From an uncultured Dictyoglomota bacterium (GTDB lineage Bacteria; Dictyoglomota; Dictyoglomia; Dictyoglomales; Dictyoglomaceae): 50,417 nucleotides of DNA. Of the stretch, positions 1 to 7,941 are shown one piece after another. A program made the position numbers and the translations under genes. Position 1 is the first letter of the stretch; each line of letters begins with the position of its first letter. Under the pieces are notes generated by a model. The model did not search any database. It saw only the letters and a program-made list of their open reading frames with translations, and was not told the DNA's origin. The stretch is from contig CAZZIO010000072.1 in assembly GCA_964654465.1 (NCBI GenBank), positions 1-50,417 on the forward strand. The letters run 5' to 3'.

Positions 1-446
1 GAAATACTCGTAAGATAGCTGAGATTATACATAAATATGTAGATGGCACTCTAATTGAGATCATCCCAGAGAAACCCTATCCAAAGTCCTACAATGATAC
101 AGTTCACCAGGCTAAAAAAGAAATCAGAGAAGAATATAAACCTCCTATAAAAAATAAAATTGATAATATAGACGATTATAATATTATATTTGTGGGTACA
201 CCTAATTGGTGGAGTACTATTGCACCTCCTATTGCAACCTTTTTATCACAATATGATCTTTCGGGTAAAACTATTGTACCATTTTGTACTCATGGTGGGG
301 GTGGAAAAGGAAGAATTGTAGAAGATATCTCAAAGCTTTGCAATAATGCAAAATTTTTAGATTGTTTTTCTATATATGGTGGTGAATCAAGGGATTTAGA
401 AAATAAAGTTGCAGAATGGCTTAAAAAGATTGGACTATTAAAATAA
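1..446 (+). CDS. Flavodoxin-like protein (Flavodoxin_4 type), 5'-truncated by the window edge
   Basis: Frame is open from base 3 (NTRKIAEII...IFVGTPNWWSTIAPP...PFCTHGGGG); flavodoxin motifs; the track start at 192 is an internal GTG. Confidence 0.85.
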   Translation, partial: NTRKIAEIIHKYVDGTLIEIIPEKPYPKSYNDTVHQAKKEIREEYKPPIKNKIDNIDDYNIIFVGTPNWWSTIAPPIATFLSQYDLSGKTIVPFCTHGGGGKGRIVEDISKLCNNAKFLDCFSIYGGESRDLENKVAEWLKKIGLLK

Positions 447-463
447 AGTTGGGAGGGATTTTT

Positions 464-860
464 ATGAAGATAAAAGAAGTAAGTGAAAAATATGGAATTC
501 CTAAAGATACATTGCGATACTACGAGAAGATAGGATTAATTCTTCGTATAAAACGTAATAAAAATGAAGTTAGAGAATATACAGATGCAGACTGCAAATT
601 AATTGAACTTATTAAACATATGAGAAGTGCAGGGTTTAGAAATAGAAGCTCTCATAGAATATGTAAAGCTTCTTCAAGAAGGTGATTCTACTTTAGAAGC
701 AAGAAAGAAAATCCTGATAGAGCAAAGAGAAAAGCTTATAGCACGTATTGAGGCAATTCAAAAAGCAATAGACAAACTTAATTTTAAGATTGAATATTAC
801 GAGAGTCTTCTTTTATCCTTAGAGAGAGAGTTTAAAAAAGAAAAAATAACATCAAAGTAA
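464..860 (+). pseudogene. MerR-family regulator (AdhR/NmlR-like), split by a one-base frameshift near 632-637
   Basis: N-half MKIKEVSEKYGIPKDTLRYYEKIGLI...HMRSAG (ATG 464, SD GGGAGG) continues in the +1 frame as GLEIEALIEYVKLLQEGDSTLEARKKIL; removing one base from GCAGGGTTTAGA gives a continuous AdhR-like protein. Confidence 0.8.
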
Positions 861-882
861 AAAAAGAGGGAGGATTTGGCGT

Positions 883-1905
883 ATGAAGCTTAGAAGACTT
901 GGAAGAACAAATATTGAGGTTTTTCCTATAGCCTTTGGAGGAATACCTATCCAAAGAGTAAATGAAGAAACTGCTGTGAAAATTGTAAAAAGAGCCATAG
1001 AACTTGGAATTAATTTAATTGATACTGCAAGAGGTTATACCGACAGCGAAATAAAAATTGGAAAAGCCCTAAAAGGTATAGATAAAAAAGTATATTTATC
1101 ATCAAAATCTGCTAATAGAACTAAAGATGGTATCTATGAAGATGTAAAAATAAGTCTTAAAAATTTAGGGATAAACAAAATAGATATTTATCATATCCAT
1201 GGTGTTAATGATTGGGAGACTTTTAAAAAAATATTTGAACCAGATGGGGCCTATTTTGGACTATTAAAGGCGAAAGAGGAAGGATTAATTGACTTTATAG
1301 CGGTATCAAGTCATAGCAACGATATATTAGCAGAATTAATAAAGACAGATAAATTTGATGTTATACAAGTTAGTTATAATTTTATAGAAATAGAACCCGA
1401 AGAGAAAATATTTCCTTTAGCTCTTGAAAAAGATATAGGAATAATAGCCATGAAGCCTATGGCAGGAGGAGTACTCCCGAATCCTCGCCTATCATTGAAA
1501 TTTGTACTCCAAAAAGAATTTATATTACCAGATCCAGGAATGGAATCTATAGAAGAGTTAGAAGAAGATGTAGAAGTAGCATTAAATCTTACACCTTTAA
1601 CTCACGAGGAATGGGAAGAAATAGAGAGAACAAGAAAAGAGATAGGGACAACTTTTTGTAGAAAATGCGATTATTGTCAGCCATGTCCTCAAGGAATCCC
1701 AATATCTACAATCATAAGATCTGAGTCTTTTTTAAAAAGACTTCCTGAATCTACTATAAGGCAAGGATGGTTTTATGATGCTTATTTAAAAGCTCAAAAT
1801 TGTACAAAATGTGGAATATGTACTACAAGATGTCCTTATAATCTTCCAATTCCTGATCTTATAGAAAAGAATGTAGCATTAGTAAAAGAATATTTAGGAG
1901 AATAA
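883..1905 (+). CDS. Aldo/keto reductase with C-terminal 4Fe-4S dicluster domain
   Basis: RRLGRT, IDTARGY, SSK, IAMKPMAGG; CRKCDYCQPCP and CTKCGICTTRCP. Confidence 0.9.
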   Translation: MKLRRLGRTNIEVFPIAFGGIPIQRVNEETAVKIVKRAIELGINLIDTARGYTDSEIKIGKALKGIDKKVYLSSKSANRTKDGIYEDVKISLKNLGINKIDIYHIHGVNDWETFKKIFEPDGAYFGLLKAKEEGLIDFIAVSSHSNDILAELIKTDKFDVIQVSYNFIEIEPEEKIFPLALEKDIGIIAMKPMAGGVLPNPRLSLKFVLQKEFILPDPGMESIEELEEDVEVALNLTPLTHEEWEEIERTRKEIGTTFCRKCDYCQPCPQGIPISTIIRSESFLKRLPESTIRQGWFYDAYLKAQNCTKCGICTTRCPYNLPIPDLIEKNVALVKEYLGE

Positions 1906-1907
1906 AA

Positions 1908-1937
1908 AAGGAGGAAGCCATTTCTGGCTTCCTCCTT
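1908..1937. terminator. Bidirectional terminator-like hairpin between convergent genes
   Basis: AAGGAGGAAGCCA-tttc-TGGCTTCCTCCTT, 13-bp perfect stem. Confidence 0.8.
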
Positions 1938-1965
1938 ATCCATATCTTATTAATACCGAACTTTA

Positions 1966-2397
1966 TTAGTTAGTCTTAAGATTTAAACAAGGACAATTTT
2001 GATAATTTTGGAATCCTCTTCTACCACCTCTAACAATATTATTCCAAGGAGAATTTTGTAAATTTAGTACTTCTTTTCCATCAACACTCGCTTTTACTGC
2101 TTTAAACACATTAGTAACTGGAGATACAAAACCTTCCACTTCTATTTTACTTCCTACTTTCAAATCCTTAATTTGCAGCCAAGCAGGACCTAAAATTACT
2201 TCTTTGTCTCCAGACACTGTTTTTATCGTTACTGTAAGCGCTGGAGTATTTGTAATTTTGCTTACTGTACCAGATATCTTTGTAAGTTGAATATTTACAT
2301 TAGCCATATAACCACCAAACTTCGGTCCATAGGCATAAGCTAATGAAAAAACACTATGAATCACTAAACTTAGAATTACTAAACTTTTGAATTTCAT
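1966..2397 (-). CDS. Secreted hypothetical protein, probable OB-fold (LGPxW...KVGSKIEVEG)
   Basis: Signal peptide ending AYA; SD GGAGGTG; beta-rich core; C-terminal GGRRG...CPC. Confidence 0.65.
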   Translation of the reverse strand: MKFKSLVILSLVIHSVFSLAYAYGPKFGGYMANVNIQLTKISGTVSKITNTPALTVTIKTVSGDKEVILGPAWLQIKDLKVGSKIEVEGFVSPVTNVFKAVKASVDGKEVLNLQNSPWNNIVRGGRRGFQNYQNCPCLNLKTN

Positions 2398-2471
2398 AAT
2401 ACTGCACCTCCATTTTTTATTTTTTTTCTCAAGGTTATCCTTGAGACTGAAAATAATTTTAAAAGTACAAA

Positions 2472-2510
2472 CTTAGACAAAAATTAGAAAAAACTTAAAA
2501 ATTGCTTAGA
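2472..2510. promoter_or_regulatory. Four direct repeats (CTTAGA consensus) at exact 11-bp period; candidate OmpR/PhoB-family binding site
   Basis: cttaga 2472, attaga 2483, cttaaa 2494, cttaga 2505 in a divergent intergenic region. Confidence 0.5.
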
Positions 2511-2578
2511 AAATTTTCACTTTATTTAAAAATTTTTCTGTGATAAGTTATTTAAAACAAAAGAAAGAAGGACGAATT

Positions 2579-3529
2579 ATGAGGACATTTTTATTAGCAA
2601 TACAAGGAGTTTTAGAAATAGTCATAATCTTAATAGTTGGATATTTCTTATCTAAAAAGAGCTGGTTTGATATAAATACTGCAGACCTTTTCGCTAAACT
2701 GGTTTTGAACTTATCACTACCACTAAATATGATTGTTAACCTTACTACTTTTTTTAAAAGAGAAGATTTGATCCATTCTGCTAAGGGACTCATTATTCCA
2801 TTTTTATCTATTGTTACTTCTTATATTATAGGATATATATTAGCCCTCATATTTAAAACCAATAAACATAGAAGAGGACTATTAGCAGGAATGTTTTCTC
2901 TTTCTAATTCCATATTTATAGGCCTTCCTATGTCTCAGGCTCTTTTTGGAGAAATAGCCACTCCTTATACCCTTCTCTATTATATGGCAAATACAACTAT
3001 ATGGTGGACTATAGGCGTTTATGGCATTATATTAGATACTCAAGGAAAAATAGATAAAGGAATTTTTAATATGGAAACATTAAAAAGAATATTTAATCCA
3101 CCTTTTCTTGGTTTTCTTGTAGGTGTAATTCTTATCTTTTCCAATTTAAAAATACCTTCTTTTATCTTTAATAGCTTTAAAATGATAGGAAATCTTACTA
3201 CTCCGTTATCTCTCTTTTACGTAAGTATTATTATTTATCAAATGGGTTTTAAAAAATTTAATCTTGATAAAGATACCATCATCACATTCATAGGAAGATT
3301 TATAGTAACACCCTTATTAGTAATAATATTAAACCACTTTATTCCTCTTCCAAAAATCATGAGAGATGTTTTTGTCATAATGTCTGCCATGCCTGTAATG
3401 GTAAATTCTGCCATAGTCTCAAGAATATATGGAGGAGACTATGAATTTGCTGTAGTCATGATAACCTATACCACCCTTCTAAGTATCGTAATCATGCCAT
3501 TTTACATGGTCTTAATTGAAATCATTTAG
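2579..3529 (+). CDS. AEC (auxin efflux carrier / malate permease) family transporter
   Basis: About 10 hydrophobic segments; SNSIFIGLP and SAMP motifs; ATG 2579 after AGAAGGA. Confidence 0.85.
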   Translation: MRTFLLAIQGVLEIVIILIVGYFLSKKSWFDINTADLFAKLVLNLSLPLNMIVNLTTFFKREDLIHSAKGLIIPFLSIVTSYIIGYILALIFKTNKHRRGLLAGMFSLSNSIFIGLPMSQALFGEIATPYTLLYYMANTTIWWTIGVYGIILDTQGKIDKGIFNMETLKRIFNPPFLGFLVGVILIFSNLKIPSFIFNSFKMIGNLTTPLSLFYVSIIIYQMGFKKFNLDKDTIITFIGRFIVTPLLVIILNHFIPLPKIMRDVFVIMSAMPVMVNSAIVSRIYGGDYEFAVVMITYTTLLSIVIMPFYMVLIEII

Positions 3530-3544
3530 AGTTTATGATAAAAT
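3516..3544 (+). promoter_or_regulatory. Sigma70-type promoter for the tRNA
   Basis: TTGAAA-17 bp-TAAAAT with TG extension. Confidence 0.55.
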
Positions 3545-3569
3545 ATAGTTAATAATTACAAAATTTTTT

Positions 3570-3656
3570 GCGGATGTGGCGGAATGGCAGACGCGCAAGA
3601 TTCAGGATCTTGTGGGGAAATGCCCCGTGGGGGTTCAAGTCCCTCCATCCGCACCA
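3570..3656 (+). tRNA. tRNA-Leu, anticodon CAG
   Basis: Acceptor GCGGATG/CATCCGC plus ACCA; anticodon stem CAAGA/TCTTG with loop TTCAGGA; long variable arm; GTTCAAG T-loop. Confidence 0.95.
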
Positions 3657-3677
3657 AATAAAATAGGGGGTATCAAG

Positions 3678-3884
3678 ATGTTAGAAAAAATATCCTACAT
3701 TATTCTTTTAATCATAGTTCTCACATATATAATAGCTATAATTTTAGGTTTCATTATGGCTTTTCCTGTTGGCATAATAGGTCTTTTAGTTATTATAGCT
3801 ATGGGACTTCTATTTATAAAAGTATTAAAAGATAAATTTACAAGTAAAGGCAAAGAAGAAAAATATAAAGATATTAAATGGTAG
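3678..3884 (+). CDS. Small two-TM membrane protein (68 aa)
   Basis: ATG 3678 after AGGGGG; two hydrophobic helices; the longer track ORF overlaps the tRNA. Confidence 0.75.
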   Translation: MLEKISYIILLIIVLTYIIAIILGFIMAFPVGIIGLLVIIAMGLLFIKVLKDKFTSKGKEEKYKDIKW

Positions 3885-3896
3885 GAGGTGTATATT

Positions 3897-4223
3897 ATGA
3901 TTATAACCACCACAGATTTTATTCCCGGATATGAGATCACTGAAATACTTGGAATTGTTAAAGGGAGTTCCGCAAGGGCAAGACATTTAGGAAAAGATAT
4001 TTTAGCAAGTTTAAGAAATGTTGTAGGTGGAGAAGTAGTAGAATATACAAAATTAATCGGAGAAGCAAGAGAACAAGCTATAGATAGAATGAAAGAAGAA
4101 GCAAAAAGACTTAATGCAGATGCAATAATTGGAGTTAGATTTGGTACAACTCAAATCATGCAAGGTATTGCAGAAATACTTGCTTATGGTACAGCTGTGA
4201 AAATAAAGAAAAAGGAAATATAG
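3897..4223 (+). CDS. YbjQ/UPF0145 family protein
   Basis: MIITTTD.IPG.EI...LGIV.G; GGEV.EYT; ADAIIGVRF; AYGTAVK; SD AGGAGGTG. Confidence 0.9.
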   Translation: MIITTTDFIPGYEITEILGIVKGSSARARHLGKDILASLRNVVGGEVVEYTKLIGEAREQAIDRMKEEAKRLNADAIIGVRFGTTQIMQGIAEILAYGTAVKIKKKEI

Positions 4224-4252
4224 TTGACAAAATTCTTTTAATATTATATAAT
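4224..4252 (+). promoter_or_regulatory. Consensus sigma70 promoter upstream of the GH16 gene
   Basis: TTGACA (4224)-17 bp-TATAAT (4247). Confidence 0.75.
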
Positions 4253-4362
4253 TTCAAAAAGAAACTAAAAATGAGGAGGTGAACTTTAAGATGGTTTAAA
4301 TAATATAAATAAATTATATTTTTTAGTTTCTTTCAAGAAGAAATATTTAGGGGGAAGTAAGT

Positions 4363-6234
4363 ATGAAAAAGAATCTATTAAAAATCATCTTAATTATTCT
4401 CTTAATGGTATTAGTAGCTGGCTGTGCTCCAAAGGCACAAGCCCAACCTCAAGTTGAAAATCTTTTATCAAATGGAGATTTCTCAAATCCTCTAATCTAC
4501 ATATCTGAATCCTACCCTGAACTGCCAGATGGAAATTTTGATACACAAGGAACATGGCTATTTAGAACAGGAGATGGTGCTTCCGCAACTGGCACAGTGG
4601 AAAATGGAGTATTAAAAGTAGAAATAATAAATGGAGGGCCAAATTCCTGGTCAGTACAAGTGCTACAATCACCAATAAAGATAGAATATTTAGGAATATA
4701 TGAGGTAAGCTTTGAGGCATGGGCAAGCAAAAATAGAAGAATAGGTGTTAAAGTAGGAGGAAATGCAAACAGAGGATGGACACCATATAACCCGGGACCA
4801 TCTGGACAGGTAGATCAATCAGGAGGATACGCTATAAATATAACTACCACAAAACAAACCTACACTTTCCAATTCAAGATGGTATATGAAACCGATGAGA
4901 GAGCAAGATTTGAATTTCAATTAGGTCAAGATGATGGAACAATTTATATTGATAATGTAAGACTTGTCAAAGTTGGCACAGCTGAACCTCCTGCTCCTCC
5001 ACCAGCATTAGGACAAAAATATTGGTATCAAACAGTATGGGAAGAAAACTTTGATTCTCTTGATGAAAATGTATGGAGCTTTGAAATTGGAAATGGACAT
5101 GCCCAAGGAATTCCTGGATGGGGTAATGCTGAGCTTGAATACTATAAGAAAGAAAATGCATGGGTAGAAAATGGAGTTTTAATAATAGAAGCGAGAGAAG
5201 AAGATGTTTCTGATGATCACGGTACATATAACTATACATCTGCAAGAATGAAGACTCAAGGTAAATTCAATGTCAAATTTGGTAGAGTTGAGTTTAGAGC
5301 AAAGCTTCCAAAAGGAAAGGGAATATGGCCTGCTTTATGGATGCTTGGAGAAGATATTACCCAAGTTGGATGGCCTGCTTGTGGAGAGATAGATGTTATG
5401 GAGCTTTTGGGTCATGAACCAAACAAAGTATATGGTACAGTACATGGACCTGGATACTCTGGAGCAAGTAGTAAAGGAGGAAGCTATACTCTACCAAGTG
5501 GAGACTTTACGCAAGATTTCCATACATTTGCAGTTGAATGGGATCCGATAGGAATATCCTGGTATGTTGATGATATTAAATTCTTCACCATAACAAGACC
5601 TGAAATAGAACTTTACGGAAATTGGGTATTTGATCATCCTTTCTTTATCATAATGAACGTGGCAGTTGGTGGATATTGGCCCGGATATCCAGATGAAACT
5701 ACAGAATTCCCTCAAAGAATGTATGTAGATTATATAAAGGTATATAAAGGTGTAACAATGGAAGAAATAAATAACGGTGACTTTAGCTTCCCATTTACTA
5801 ATGATCAAGCAAATTGGCCAGATGACTGGTTCTTATGGTATGGATCACCTTATGGAATGGGAGGTACAGCAACAGCAGATATTGATACTACTAATAAGAT
5901 TGCCACTATAAGTGTGGAAGATTACGGATGGGAGTCTTGGCATGTACAATTCAATCAATGGGTAGGACTTACAAAAGGAAAAACCTATAAACTTACTTTC
6001 ACAGCTAAGGCAGATAATGCAAGAGACATAAATGTAAAATTCCTCCATCCAACAACATATGCTCTTTACGCAAATCAAAGTTTCAATTTAACCAATGATT
6101 GGCAAACCTTTGAATTACAATTTACATTCAATGCTGATTATCCTGCAGCAAATCTATCCTTTGAGCTTGGAAAAACGCAAAATCCAGCAACTGGAAATAT
6201 ATATTTTAAAGATGTCAAATTAGAATCTCAATAA
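4363..6234 (+). CDS. Lipoprotein endo-1,3-beta-glucanase (laminarinase), CBM4-GH16-CBM4
   Basis: Lipobox LVAGC; two NGDFS-initiated CBM4-like modules; Pro linker; GH16 WPALWML and EIDVME catalytic motif. Confidence 0.9.
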   Translation: MKKNLLKIILIILLMVLVAGCAPKAQAQPQVENLLSNGDFSNPLIYISESYPELPDGNFDTQGTWLFRTGDGASATGTVENGVLKVEIINGGPNSWSVQVLQSPIKIEYLGIYEVSFEAWASKNRRIGVKVGGNANRGWTPYNPGPSGQVDQSGGYAINITTTKQTYTFQFKMVYETDERARFEFQLGQDDGTIYIDNVRLVKVGTAEPPAPPPALGQKYWYQTVWEENFDSLDENVWSFEIGNGHAQGIPGWGNAELEYYKKENAWVENGVLIIEAREEDVSDDHGTYNYTSARMKTQGKFNVKFGRVEFRAKLPKGKGIWPALWMLGEDITQVGWPACGEIDVMELLGHEPNKVYGTVHGPGYSGASSKGGSYTLPSGDFTQDFHTFAVEWDPIGISWYVDDIKFFTITRPEIELYGNWVFDHPFFIIMNVAVGGYWPGYPDETTEFPQRMYVDYIKVYKGVTMEEINNGDFSFPFTNDQANWPDDWFLWYGSPYGMGGTATADIDTTNKIATISVEDYGWESWHVQFNQWVGLTKGKTYKLTFTAKADNARDINVKFLHPTTYALYANQSFNLTNDWQTFELQFTFNADYPAANLSFELGKTQNPATGNIYFKDVKLESQ

Positions 6235-6242
6235 AACTTCTC

Positions 6243-6269
6243 AGGTGGGAGGATAAAATCCTCCCACCT
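6243..6269. terminator. Bidirectional terminator-like hairpin
   Basis: AGGTGGGAGGAT-aaa-ATCCTCCCACCT between convergent genes. Confidence 0.8.
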
Positions 6270-6274
6270 TCATT

Positions 6275-6979
6275 TTATGGTTCTACATAAACCCAAAGTT
6301 TATTTTTATACTTAGGATCTTTAGGATTTATACCCTTCCTCCTAAATAATTCACTTAAAGTAACAAACTCATACCCTTGCTTCTTAAGTTCTGGTATTAT
6401 GATATCAAGGGCTTCTGGAGTTGGATGGGGTTCCGGTTGTACATCGTGAAGAAGAATAATTGCCCCATCTCTTATCCCTTTTAAGACATTGTTTGCTATA
6501 TTCTCTGGAGTTCTATCACATCCAAACCAATCAAATCCAATTACTCCACTTACAAAAGGCATATCTATCACATCAAACATGGTCTTACTAATAGCTAAAT
6601 TGGGTGGTCTAAAAAATGATGGTTTCTTACCTGTATACTTTTCTATTACTTCATTTGTACGAGCAATTTTATCTATTATTTCTTTTGGATCAGCTTTATC
6701 AAGGGGATTATAGTCCCAAGAATGATTCTCATATTCACAACCAAGGGAAAGTGCTCTATCAATTACTGATTTTGTAGTATCATTTATCCTAAATCCTACA
6801 ACAAAAAAGGTTGCTGGTACTCCATATTTTTCCAGCATATCAAGTACACGTGGTGTAAGTTTTGTATCAGGTCCATCATCAAAGGTAAGAGCACAAATCT
6901 TAATAGTATTTTGTACCGCAGAATTCACAGAAAAGAGACTTAAAGTGATTAAGATTAATGAAATAAATAACTTTTTCAT
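6275..6979 (-). CDS. Secreted CE4 (NodB) polysaccharide deacetylase, probable acetylxylan esterase
   Basis: Signal peptide; TFDDGP, NHSWDY, FRPP, LLHD motifs. Confidence 0.88.
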   Translation of the reverse strand: MKKLFISLILITLSLFSVNSAVQNTIKICALTFDDGPDTKLTPRVLDMLEKYGVPATFFVVGFRINDTTKSVIDRALSLGCEYENHSWDYNPLDKADPKEIIDKIARTNEVIEKYTGKKPSFFRPPNLAISKTMFDVIDMPFVSGVIGFDWFGCDRTPENIANNVLKGIRDGAIILLHDVQPEPHPTPEALDIIIPELKKQGYEFVTLSELFRRKGINPKDPKYKNKLWVYVEP

Positions 6980-7002
6980 AAACTACCCCTTTATTTTATA
7001 AT

Positions 7003-7059
7003 AAAACATTTGCATAAACATTTTTCCGAAATTATATGACAAAACTCTTCTACAGTCAA
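7003..7059 (-). promoter_or_regulatory. Promoter plus 22-bp operator-like palindrome for the CE4 gene
   Basis: Minus strand TTGACT-17 bp-TATAAT, then 6 nt, then AAAATGTTTATGCAAATGTTTT. Confidence 0.65.
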
Positions 7060-7072
7060 TCCCTCTTTAATT

Positions 7073-7810
7073 TTACCTTATGTTATCTGGATTATACACA
7101 AGAGTTGCTTTACCGTAAGTAACATAAAAGCCTCCAAAATTACCATAGGGGTATGGTTCACCCTTAAGTTCTCCTGATACAACTTTTTCTACTGCCTTTA
7201 TCAAATCGAGAAGGTAATCACTGGAATAAGGCGTCATATTACACTGAGAAAGATGCCCATTATATATTTTCTCAAATTCATCAATTCTTTCACGTAATTT
7301 ATATAAACTCTGAAGATATGAAGTTAATGGCAAACATCCCGGAAGCTGTAGCCAAGTATGTCCTGCTCCCAAAGCATCACCACTAAAAAGAAGTTTATTT
7401 TCTTTATCTAATACCACAATTGAACCTGGAGTATGTCCTGGTACTTCAATAACCTCTAATTTTCTATCACCTAATTCCAAGATTTCTCCATCTTTCACAT
7501 CTTTAATCCTATCTGTCTTGATATTCATGCCAAAAATCTCTAATATTTTGAAGTCTTTATGATTCATGTATACTTCATCAAATTGATCTATTTGCATAAT
7601 ATGGTCCCAATGAGCATGAGATATAATAACCTTTAATGGATTTTTAGTAATATTTTCCACAAAAAATCTAAGATCACCTTCTCCCATACCTGTGTCAAAA
7701 AGTACACTTTCCTTTTCTCCCTCTATTAAGTACATGCTATCATTCCTATAATCCGAAATATGCCAAACTTTTGGTTCAACGAGAGTAGAAACATATTCGT
7801 TTTTTTCCAT
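7073..7810 (-). CDS. MBL-fold metallo-hydrolase
   Basis: FDTG, SHAHWDH, PGHTPGS, FSGD, NGH. Confidence 0.9.
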   Translation of the reverse strand: MEKNEYVSTLVEPKVWHISDYRNDSMYLIEGEKESVLFDTGMGEGDLRFFVENITKNPLKVIISHAHWDHIMQIDQFDEVYMNHKDFKILEIFGMNIKTDRIKDVKDGEILELGDRKLEVIEVPGHTPGSIVVLDKENKLLFSGDALGAGHTWLQLPGCLPLTSYLQSLYKLRERIDEFEKIYNGHLSQCNMTPYSSDYLLDLIKAVEKVVSGELKGEPYPYGNFGGFYVTYGKATLVYNPDNIR

Positions 7811-7867
7811 CTTTAAACCTCCTCTTAAGAATTATTATTTATTATAGATTAACGTTTATTTTTTAAT

Positions 7868-7924
7868 TTGACAGAAAAAATTTTTATGCATAAAATTTTA
7901 TTAAAACGTTTGTATAAGCATTTC
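7868..7924 (+). promoter_or_regulatory. Promoter plus 22-bp operator-like palindrome for the solute-binding protein gene
   Basis: TTGACA-17 bp-TAAAAT, then 6 nt, then AAAACGTTTGTATAAGCATTTC. Confidence 0.65.
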
Positions 7925-7941
7925 AATAAGGGGGGTTATAT

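Noticed and set aside
632-638. GGGTTTA as a programmed -1 frameshift heptamer
   Set aside because: Wrong phase: restoring the protein needs +1, and no stimulatory structure is evident
3576-3677. N-terminal extension of track ORF 3576..3884
   Set aside because: It is the tRNA-Leu sequence read as protein; the SD-supported start is 3678
3570-3700. tRNA as an integration site of a genomic island
   Set aside because: No integrase or transposase, and no duplicate of the tRNA 3' end noticed in the window
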